From Mobula hypostoma (taxonomy: Eukaryota): 64,000 nt of DNA. Numbering within the stretch: position 1 is the stretch's first letter; the number at the start of each line of letters is the position of its first letter. The notes beneath the pieces are model-generated. The model saw nothing but the letters and a program-made list of their open reading frames with translations, was not told the origin of the DNA and did no database searches. A program made the position numbers and the translations under genes. The stretch is from the NCBI RefSeq assembly GCF_963921235.1, contig NC_086097.1:182964001-183028000 (forward strand), written 5' to 3'. Positions 25,001 through 37,000 of this stretch are shown one piece after another.

Positions 25001-28000
25001 CTCTCCTGTGGGCATACTTAGCAAATCTATAGAACAGGACTGTAACTGTAAACAGGATCAATAGACAACAAACTGTGCCAATGCAGATATAAATAAATAG
25101 CAATAAATAACAAGCATGAAATAGCAAGATAAAAGAGTCTGTAAATGAGTATAGTTATCCCCTTTTGTTCCAGAGTCTGATGGAACAATAGTAACTGTTC
25201 TTTAACCTGGTGGTGTGAGTCCTGAAGCACTTGTACCTTCTACCTAATGGCAGCCACAAGAAAAGAGCATGGCCTGGGTAGTGAGGATCTTTAATGATGG
25301 ATGTTGCATTTCTACAGTAGCGTTTCAGGTCGATGTGCTCAATGGTTGGGAAGGTTTTACCTGTGATGTACTGGGCTGAATCCACTACCTTTTGTAGGAT
25401 TTTCCACTCAAGAACATTGGTGTTCCCATACCAGGCCATGATGCAGCCAATCAGCACACTTTCCACCATACATCTGTAGAAGTTTGCCAAGGTTTGTGAC
25501 GACATGCCAAATCTCTGCAGAATTGTGAGGAAGTAGAGGAACTGCCGTGCTTTATTCACATTTATATTTATATGATGGGACCAGGACAGGCCCTTTGAGA
25601 TAGTGACACCTAGGAATTTAAAGCTGCTGATCCTCTCTACCTTTGATCTTCCGATGATTACTGGCTCATGGACCTCTGGTTCCCTTCTCCTGAAGTCTAC
25701 AATGAGTTCCTTTGTCTTATTGGCATTGAGTGAGACAAATTTCCAATCTCCCTCCTATATGCTGATTCATCACCACCTGTGATACAGCTCACAACAGTGG
25801 TGCAATCAGCAGACTTGTATATGGTGTTGGAGCTGCACTTAGCCATAGGTATGAAGTTAATAGAGCACGAGGCTAAATATACATCCCTGTGGCGCTCTTG
25901 TGCTGATGGAGACTGTGGAGGAGATGTTTTTGCCAATCTAAACTGACTGGGGTCTGCAAATGGCAGAGAATAAGTGATTGTTTGTGATAAGGTGAGATCA
26001 GATGGGTTAATGAGGCAGTTGGAAGCACTTGTGTTGTGATGCTAATTAAAGGACTGTGGGACTTGCCCACCAGCTCAGGGTATTTTAGTTCAGAGAGGAA
26101 AATCACAGATGGGTAACAGGCACGAACGGCTAGTTCTCATACTGACAGATAAACGGAGTTACTTACGGTTTGAGAATTTGTTGTTCAGTCTGAAAGGCTG
26201 TAACGTGCCCTACTTCTAACAGGGGACAGGTAGAGAGGTCAGGATGGGAGAGGATGGAGCTACTGGGACCTTACCTGTGGATTGAATGCAGATACTCTAC
26301 AAAACACCGCCCTATCTCTGCTTGGTTTTGTGTTTATGGTTTAGATGAAGAAACAGGACAAGGTGTATCCAAGTTGACAAATGATACAAATATGAATGGG
26401 CAAGTGAACTGTGTGAACCACGCAAAGGAATGTGGACAGGTTCTGCAGGTTGGCAGAACAATACCACATGGAGTTAACATGGGAAAGGCGGTTTGTTTCA
26501 CTGATAGTGAGGAGGGAAAGTCAGCAGTCTTTAACTGAAAAGTACCACATCTTCACTGTACTGGGCACTGTCTTCTCCCCAGTAAAACAGAAGTTTGATC
26601 AGGTGGGGTGACACTGGCTGTATGTACACATGTACAGGTAAGGAAGTTGCTTGTCACGGTCTCTTGTAAGTTATCTGGACTGTTAACTAATCAAAAGTTT
26701 TTAAATGCAGGCAATAGTGCCATTCTATCTTAGAAATATTTGTAAAGAGACTTGCACACATATAAAATGTTGCTCTCTATATTTTGAAAGAAAAAGTTTG
26801 CAAGTTAAATTTATAGATTGCACTTCAACTTTTTAATTAAATCTTGAAGAAGTTTCCATGGTCTCTGAGATCTTAAAGGTACTGAAAGTATTTAAAAAGG
26901 AAGTGAAATTTGAGTAGGGAGTCAGCCATTCACCTAGAGGGTGATGAATCTTTGCAGCTCCCTGACCACTTAAGTGATCGATGAAGCTCAACTGTTGAGT
27001 ATCTTAGAGTAAGTTAAAATGTTGGCACAACATTGTGGGCTGAAGGCCCTGTACTGTGCTGTACCATTCTATATTCTATATTAAATAAATAAAGGGTAAG
27101 CAATGAAAAACTAGCCATCAAAGTTGTTCAAATCCTTCCCCTTTCACTTTCAATCTGTGCCCTCTAGTGGAGGGGGAAATTACTGCAGGTGGAAGCACAC
27201 AAAATTATGAATCAGGATCTGATTTATTCTCACTCACACAAGAGATTCTGCAGATGCTGGAAATCTTGAGCAACACATAAAATACTGGAGGAACTCAGCA
27301 AGTCTATGGAGCGATCAGTCTGTGAACCTTCATCTGGACTGAAAAGGAAGGGGGCAGAAGATGAATAAGAAGGTGAGGGGAGTGGAATGGAGTTCAACCT
27401 GGCAGATGATAGGTGAGACCAGGTGAGGGGGGTGGTGAGTGGGAGAGAAGGATGAAGCTGGGAAGTGATATGGGAAAGATAAAGAGCTGAAGATGAAGGA
27501 ATATGATAGGAGAGGACAGTGGACTATGGAAAGAAGGGAAGGAGAAGAGACAGGAAAAGGAAGCAGATGGACAGGTGAAGGCAGCATCAATGGTGATGGA
27601 AAGAATACCCCATTCTTTGAAAAAGGAGGACTTTTCAGGTGTTCTAGAATGGAAAGCCTCATCCTAAGAACAGATCTGGCAGAGATTGAGAAACTGAGAG
27701 AAGGGAATAGCATTTTTACAAGTGACAGGGTAGTCTTCAATCTTATAGCATAAATATGGAATTCTCTAACTTCCAGTAATTGCATCCCCCACCCTTCTCT
27801 CTTTTTCCATTCCACATTCCTGATTTCCCTTTCACCCTTTCTCTTCGCCTCTCTTACCCATCACCTCCCTTTTGTGACCCTTCTTCTTCCCCCATGGTCC
27901 ACTGTTCTCACCTACCTAATTCCTCCTTCTTCCCCCATGGCCCACTGTTCTCACCTATCTAATTCCTCCTTCTTCCTCCATGGTCCACTGTTCTCACCTA

Positions 28001-31000
28001 TCTAATTCCTTCTTCCCCCATGGTCCACTGTTCTCACCTATCTAATTCCTTCTTCTTCCCCCATGGTCCACTGTTCTCACCTATCTAACTCCTTCTTCAG
28101 CCCCTTCCTTACCTTCCATTCTTTACCCCTCCCACAGCTTCTTACTTTGTTGCCCCTCACTTGGCTTCACCAATCACCTGCCAGCTGGTACTCCTTCCCC
28201 TCCCCCCACCTTCTTAATCAGGCTTCCTTCCTCTTTCTTTCCAGTCCTGTTGAAGGGACTCAGCCCAAAACGTCAACTCTTTGTTCCCCTCCATGGATGC
28301 TGCTTGATTTGACGAGTTCCTTATTATCACTGACTTGTGTGTCATCAGGGGCATTGATAGGGAAGACAGCAGTAAACTAGCAGAGGAATCTATAACCAGA
28401 TGGACTAGGTTAAGGGAAGGAATGAGAGATTTAGAGGCATTATAAAGAAGAGTTGTTTCTGCCCAGAGGGTGGTTGGGATTGAGGATGATGGTGGCAGAG
28501 ACTTTTGCAACACTTCAGTGGTATCTGAATCACCAAGGCTAAGGAGACTGGTAAATGGGATTGGTGTAGAAACATACCGATGGACAGCAAGGACATGATG
28601 GGCTGATGGGCCTGTTTCTGTGCCCTATGACTCCATGTACTTCATCTTCAGTCTAATCAACTGAAATTATTTGACCTGAATTGACTTGGACACAATTACA
28701 ATTAAAAGGATATTCCCCACACATTGTACCTTATTTACCTCTCCTGAAAAAGCACAGTTCAATTATAAACCATCCATTAAGGATTTAATTGTGAGTCTTC
28801 GAGTTAACTTCTAGCATTGTCCTCCAACGGCCTACTGAATTCTTGATGAAGGTCCTTTGTGTCTTGTTGACCTTGTACAGAGACGGGCTTTCCAGCATCC
28901 ATGTGTGGGGCATTGAGTTGTATGCTTTCTTGTAATCAATCAGGCTGTGCTTAGGTTGGTTTGCCTGGTCTTAGAGTCCCACGTGACTGCTTTGTCCACC
29001 AGTAGTTGGTGCTTAGAGCCTCTGGCTCCATGAGCAGGGCTCAGGAATTTACACACACGTTCCTTCAGCTTGGCGGCCATGAAGTCTGACAGGAACTTCC
29101 ATGCTGTTGACAGGCAGGTTGTTTGATGGTGTTGCTCCTTTGAGAGGACCCTTCATTATGAATGCTGTCCTTGAGTTAGCCGGTCAGGGTGGGAGCCTGC
29201 TTCAAGCCGCTGGTTCATCTGATCTGCCATCTGGGTATGTAATGCTGTTAATTTCTTCAGCCTATAGGTGTGGATCATGTCAGGCCCTGGTGATGTTCCA
29301 TTCTTCATACTTGCTACCTGTTGCTGGACATCTGCTGCTGTGATGGTGACTGGTTCTTACTCCGGGAGGTTGCAGAAGCTCACTTGTAGCTCTTTCAGCC
29401 ATTGCGGCTGGTGTTATGTGATACTTTTTTCTCCCACATACTGTTCCAGTACTCCTCAGTTGCTGTTTTGGTTCGTTCATGTACTGGCATGTTTTTGATC
29501 TGGAACTGTGTGAATACTTTTCTTGGCTCTTTGCAGAAGAGTACATTTATTCACTTGGCCTCAGTGTCCTTAGTCTGCTAGCCAGAGCTGTTAACCATTG
29601 CTTGGCAGTTTGCAGGGCTTCCGCTGTGGACATACCTCTCTACTTCCTCAGTAACCGAAATGAGTCTTTGGTCTTCCCACCCTTCTACAGCTCGGTTAGT
29701 TTCCTGACCTCCACCCTCGTGGTTTTCATCTCGGCTTCCAACTGTCATCTCCAGGGGTGGGGTGTGGTTATAACAGTACTCTCCACTGTATTTCATCTTG
29801 TAACCCAGCATTTCTAGGACTGCTGCTGTCGATGTGTGTATCAGGTTATTGGTCTCAGTTATGTTGGAGGTTGCAATTGTGAGGAGTGCTTTATTGGCTG
29901 CTTCTAGCATGCTGCCTGATGGATGTTTTTCACTTAAGTCTGGAGAGCCTAGTTCATTGACAGACAATCAATGGAGGCTGACACCAGGAACCGTCTGGAC
30001 TCTGCGGGGTGAGGTCCAAAGTTCAGGTCCCAGCGGTGGTGGCTCAGTAGGGTTCTTGTGCTGGATCCCTCGTGCTTATGTTACATCTGCCCACAAAAAC
30101 CTCCAGATGAGAATGACAAGAACAAGAAGGGTCACACCAGCTTGGACGCCATCCGGATTACCAAGATCTGTAGCAATGATAGGGGAACCAGGACCATCTG
30201 GCGAGAACTTGGCTACCGTAACAAGCCGTAAATGGAAAAGACTAGACAAATTGCTGAATTTGTTATGAACAGAGAGATAGAAATGGTGAGAGGCTTTTTA
30301 ATTCATTCACCGGATGTGGGCTTTGCAGGCTGAGCCAGCAGTTAATTGTCCATCTGCTGTTGCCCTTGAGAAGGTGCTGACAAACTGCATCCTTGACTCA
30401 CTGCAGATTTTTAGGTGTGGGTATCCCCATTGTGCTGTTAGGGAGGAAGTGCCAGGATTTTGACCCTGCAATAGTGAAGGAGTGGTGATATATTTCCAAG
30501 TCAGGAAGCTGTGTGGTTTGGAGGGGAGCCTATGGGTGGTGGTGTTCTCCAGCACCTGCTGCCCTTGTCCTTCTAACTAGAAGTGATGGATTTGGAAGGT
30601 GCTGTCTTGGTGAGGTACAACCTGCTGCTACTGTGTGTCAGAGGTAGAGTGATGGGGTGTCTGTATGGGGTGGGCTGCTATGTCCTGTATGGTGCTGAGA
30701 GTTTTGAATGTTGTTGAAGCTGCACTTATCCAGGGAAGTGGAGGGTGTCCTATCACATTCCTAACATGAGCCTTGTGGACATGCTCTGGGCAGTAAGGAA
30801 GTGTGTTACTCCCCACAGGATTCAGTCTCTGACCTGCTCTTGCAGCCACGTTGTATACATGGCTACTCCAGTTCAGATTCTGATAGTAGTGGATTCAGGG
30901 TTGCTGAATGTCACATTGCTCTGAGACGAGAGGGTTCTGGGTGTTCAGTGTCCGACTCACTAAAGGCTAGAATGAAAGTAGCTGAGAGTAATTAGGAAGT

Positions 31001-34000
31001 CTGAAAATGTTATCATTTATAGAGGGGGAACTGAATACAAAGTTAGGAAATAGTGCTGCTTCATTTATCTAGGGCAGGGTGAGATCGTATCTGGACTGCT
31101 GCAAACTACTGGTCTCCTTATTTTAACAAAGATGTTAATGCTACAGATAAGGTTTGTTCAAATAATGCCTGGAATGGGCAGGTTGTGCCTGCAGGATTTG
31201 TATCTGCTGGGTTGGGGGGTGGAATGGGAGAGTGGTAGAAGCATTGATATAGTGGGTGTGGGGGGGATGTTTCCTTCTGTGGGAGAATCGAGACCTGGGG
31301 TCGCCATTTAAATCCGATAAAGTGAAATATTTTCTGCAGAGGGTTATGCGTCCTTGGAACTGTCGTACCTAGAGAAGAAGTAGAAGCTCAATCAGGATGG
31401 TTTAAAGTGGAGGTAGCAGGGTTCTTGAAATGCAACCATGAAAGCTTTCTGGAAATAATGGAAATTTGGAACCGAGTTTAGAATGGCATAGAATTTTACA
31501 GTGCAGAAACGGACCTTCAGCCAATTATGTCCATGTTGGTTATTTTGCCATTCTACACCAACCTCGTTTGCCCCTCACCTATTTAAGTGTCTGTCTAAAT
31601 GCCTCAAACATAGTGATGGTGTCTGATTCCAGCATCTCCGGTGACAGTGGTTTCCGGACATCACTTACTCTTTGTGTAAAGAAGCCCAGCCCTCAGGTCC
31701 TGTTTAAACTCCTTCCTCTCACCTTAATCCCCGTGAACTGTTGTCTGAGCTATTGGACGAAAATTGAAAGTAATGGGGTGAATTTGAGAGATCCAACAGT
31801 GAAAGGATTCAGTGCTGAGCTGAGAAATGGCGAGATCCAACAGTGATTAGATGTAGTGCTGGGCTGAGAATTGGAGAAATCCAACAGTGATAGGATTCAG
31901 TGCTCAGCTGAGAATTTGAGAGATCCAACAGTGATTAGATGTAGTACTGGGCTGAGAATTGAAGAAATCCAACAGTAATAGGATGTAGTGCTGGGCTGAG
32001 AATTGACAGATGGTGTTCGATCCAGAAGGGTGTGAAGTGATACCCACTTTAGTGGTTAGCGTAATGCTGTTATATCTCCAGAGACCCGTAATTCTGCAGT
32101 TGCCTGTAAGGAGTTTGTATATTCTCCCTGTGACTGCATAGGTTGCTTCTGGGTGCTCCAATTTCCTCCCACATTCCAGAACTGTACTGGCTGGGAGATT
32201 AATTTGTCACATGGGTGTAATTGAACAGCACAGGCTTGTTGTGATGGAAGAGCCTGTTATTGTATTGTGTCCTTAAAAGTAAATGAAGCTCACATACACA
32301 TTGGAAGGTTGAACTTGAAGACAGAGTACAAGATTAATGGTAGGATTCTTAACAGTGTGGAGGAACAGAGTAATTTTGGGGTCCATGTCCAGATATCCCT
32401 CAGAGTTGCCATGCATTTGATAGGATGGTTAAGAAGGTGTATGGTGTACAATGATGCAGCTCTATAAAACACCAGTTAGACCATACTTGGAGTATTGTGT
32501 TCAGTCCAGTCGTTCATTATAGGAAAGATATTGAAGCTTCAGAGAGGGTACAGAGGACATTTGCCAGATTTGTCTGGATTAGAAAGCATGTCTTTTGAGG
32601 AAAGGCTGAGCAGGGTAGGGGGTTTTCTCTTTGGAGTGAAGGAGGATGAGAGGTGACTTAATTAAGTTGTATAAGATGATAAGGGTCATAGACAGGATGT
32701 ACAGCTAGCTCCTTTTTCCCAGGGCAGAAGTGGCTAAAACATTAGGGACATTTAAGAGACTCTTATATAAGACCATAAGACAAAGGAGCAGAAATCGGCC
32801 ATTCGGCCCATCGAGTCTGCTCCGCCATTTTATCATGAGCTGATCCATTCTCCCATTTAGTCCCACTCCCCTGCCTTCTCACCATAACCTTTGATGCCCT
32901 GGCTACTCAGATACCTATCAATCTCTGCCTTAAGTACACCCAATGACTTGGCCTCCATTACTGTCCGTGGCAACAAATTCCATAGATTCACCACCCTCTG
33001 ACTAAAATAATTTCTTCGCATTTCTGTTCTGAATGGGCGCCCTTCAATCCTTAAGTCATGTCCTCTCGTACTAGACTCCCCCATCATGGGAAACAACTTT
33101 GCCACATCCACTTTGTCCATGCCTTTCAATATTCGAAATGTTTCTATGAGGTCTCCCCTCATTCTTCTAAATTCCAAGGAATACAGTCCAAGAGCGGACA
33201 AACGTTCCTCATATGTTAACCCTCTCATTCCCGGAATCATTCTAGTGAATCTTCTCTGTACCCTCTCCAACGTCAGCACATCCTTTCTTAAATAAGGAGA
33301 CCAAAATTGCCCACAGTACTCCAAGTGTGGTCTCACAAGTGCCTTATAGAGCCACAACATCACATCCCTGCTCCTATACTCTATTCCGCTAGAAATGAAT
33401 GCCAACATTGCATTCGCTTTCTTCACTACTGACTCAACCTGGAGGTTAACCTTAAGGGTATCCTGCATGAGGACTCCCAAGTCCCATTACATCTCAGAAC
33501 TTTGAATTCTTTCCTCATTTAAATAATAGTCTGCCCATTTATTTTGTTCTGCCAAAGTGCATAACCATACACTTTCCAACATTGTACTTCATTTGCCACT
33601 TCTCTGCCCATTCTCCCAATCTATCCAAGTCTCTCTGCAGACTCTCTGTTTCCTCAGCACTACCGGTCCCTCCACCTATCTTCGTATCGTCAGCAAACGT
33701 AGCCACATAGGACACATGTATAAGACACATAGATGAAAGAAAAATGAAAGACTGTGTGAGGGACGGGTTAGATTGATCTTCGAGTTGCTTAAAGGGTCAG
33801 CATAACATCATGGGCTGAAGGGCCTGTACTGAGCTGTATCATTCTGTGTTCCATGGTCTTTCAAAATGAAGGCATAATCATGATGACCTGGTTTGGTATT
33901 GTAACAAGTTTACAGAAACATCGGCCTGCGGGTTGCCACGTTAAGACAGCGGGACAGGTATATGGTTAGAAAAGATTATAAAATCATAAGACATTGGAGC

Positions 34001-37000
34001 AGAATTAGGCCATTTGGCCCAGCGTGTCGGCTCTGCTATTCAATCATGGCTGATCCTTTTCTCCCCTCCTCAGCCCCACTCCCTGACCATAACCTTTAAT
34101 GCTGTCCAATCAAGAACCTGTCAAGCTCTGCCTTAAATCCACCCAACAGCCTGGCCTCAACAGCTGTCCGTGGTAAAAAATTCCACAAATTCACCGCCCT
34201 CTGTCTAAAGAAATTTCTCTGCATCTCTATTCTAAATGGACGACCCTCTATCTTGAAGCTGTGCCCTCTTGTCCTAGACTCCCCCTCCATGGGAAACATC
34301 CTTTCCACATCTACTGTGTCTAGTCCTTTCAACATTGAAAAGGTTTCAATGAGATACCCCACCCCCCGTCCTTCTAAATTCCATTGAGTACAGACCCACA
34401 GCCAACAATTGTCCTTTGTATGATAACCTTTCCTTACACAGAATTATTCTTGTGACCGGCCCCTGAACCCAATCCAATGCCAGCACATCTTTTCTTAGAT
34501 GAGGTGTTCAGAACTGTTCACAATATTCAAGGTAAGGCCTCTCCAGTGCCTTTCAGGCCTCAGCATCACATCCCTGCTCTTGTATTCTAGACCTCTTGAA
34601 ATGAATGCTAGCATTGCTTTCAAGGAATTATAGGTCAGCTGAAGGTAAATGGGACTAGCTTAGTTGGGCATTTTGCTCAGCGTGGTCTAGTTGGGTCAGA
34701 GTGCCTGCTTCTGCCACTCTATGATCCTCTGGCTCTGTGACTGTAGGCTTTGGTCTGTTTGTGGTCCTGTGCTGCAGTTTCACTGGTCTGCCAACTCTCA
34801 CGTTGTCTGTAGTGACAGGGTGCTCTCCCCTTTGCAGTGGATGGAGAGTGGTGTTCCTGGTCTCCGTGGACACCTTGTTCCAAAACGTGTGGTGTGGAGT
34901 CAACTTCGCGATACCGTTCCTGTGCATGTCCAGAGCCTCGGAACAATGGAACAATGTGCGAGGGAACGGAACAAGTTCACGGGAACATCGGCCTGCAGAT
35001 TGCCGTGGAACGCTGCCCTTCCGTGTCCTTCTGTCCAGGTAACTGCAAAGGATCCATCACTAAAGAGCAAAGGAAAACTTCAGAGGACCTGGGGCGAGAG
35101 GGGGTGGCTGATTAAGGTGGGCAGATGAGTGGGGAGCTATGGAGAAAGTGAGGAATGTTGGGAGAGGCAGAGTGAGGAGTCGGAATGAAGGAAGAGGGAA
35201 AACGAGGGAGGGAAAGAGAAGCAGGAGTGAGAAGACGGAGAATAAGACAAACAAATCTATCACATACTGGTTGTGAATGGACTAACCGTGTGTGCTATGC
35301 CTGGTTTCTCCCCATGCAGTGGACGGTGCCTGGAGTCCATGGTCAGCGTGGTCAGAGTGTGACGGATGTGTGGGTGCGTCAGTCCGAACCCGGAGGTGTA
35401 ACAGGCCACCCCCACGATTTGGTGGAGTGCAGTGTCTAGGCGAGGCGGAGCAGAGCCGAATGTGTCATACCAGTTCCAGTCTGTGCACAGGTCTGTACAA
35501 ACCACTTGTGGACAAAGAGAGAGAGAAATAGGACGGGAGAGAGAAACTGAGGGAGATAGACATATTGGCAGAAAGAGAGAGATATGAGAACGAGGCCTAA
35601 AAACTTACTTGCGCTCAGTTTCCAGTGTAAAAATGGCACGAACAACATCATAACACCATTTTGAAAATCACTGTCAGAGATTGTTCTAGAATAGTGTAGG
35701 TCACTCTGGTGAATCTTGCATCAGTGGTGGGCAAGCTAAGGACAGGATTTACGAGCATTTAGAGAAGCATAGTCAGCTTGGCTTCATGAAGGACAGGTTG
35801 CGTTTCACTAGTCTGGTTGTGTTTTTTGAGGAGGTGAAGAAACAAACTGAGGAAGGTAGAGTGGTGGATGTGGTGTATATAGATTTTAGTAAGGAATTTG
35901 ACAAGGTCCCTCTTGGTAGGCTCATTCAGAAAGTCAGGAGGTATGGGATCCAGGAAAACTGGGCTGAGTGGATTCGGAATTAGCTGAAAACAGAGGGTGT
36001 AATAAATGGAGTGTATTCTGCCAGGAGGTTGGGCACTAGTGGTGATCCACGGGGATCTATTTATTGGACTGCTGGTCTTTGTGAATTTTATAGATGACTT
36101 AGATGAGGAAATGAAGGGCAGGTTAGTAAGTTTGCAGATGATACAAAAGGTTCATGGTTTTGTGGACATTGTAGAAGTTTGTTGTAAGTTACACTGGGAC
36201 ATTGACAGAATGCAGAGCTGGGCTGAGAAGTGCAGATGGAAGTCAATCTAGAAAAGCGTGAAGTAATACACTTTGGAAGATCAAAGTTCAAGGTTAATGA
36301 CTAGATTCCTAGCGGTGTGGAGAACAGAGTGACCTTGGGGTCCACACAAGTTGATAGGGTGTTTAAGAAGGGCATGGTATATTGGCCACCTTTAGTCAGA
36401 GGATTGAGTTCAAGAGTCATTAGATAATGTTGCAGCTCTATAAAATTCTGGATGGACCACACTTGGAGTATGGTGTTCAGTTCTGGTCCCTTTGTTGTAG
36501 AAAGTACATGGAAGCTGTAGAGAGGCTGCAGAGAAGGTTTACCAGATTGCTGCCTGGATTAGGGAATGTGTCTTATGAGGAAAAGCTTCAGTTCAGCATT
36601 AAACACCACAATTCCCTCCAGACTTGACAAGAAGCTCAGAGACCTCAGTCTTCACCCTGTCTTGTGTAGCTGGATCCTGGACTTCCTGTCAGATTGCCAG
36701 CAGGTGGTAAGAGTGGGCTCCCTCACTTCTACCCCTTTGACCCTCAACACAGCGGCCTTTCAGGGCTGTATCCTAAGTCCCCTCCTTTACACTCTGTATA
36801 CCCATAACTGTGTCGCCACCCACAGCTCCAATATGCTAATTAAATTTGCTGACGATGCTACATTGATTGGCCTAATCTCAAATTATAACGAGAAGCTTAC
36901 AGAGAAGTCATCACCCTGACGCAGTAGTGTCTAGAAAACAACCTCTCCCTCAATGTCACAAAGGCAAAGGAGCTAGTTGTGGACTACAAGAGGAATGGAG

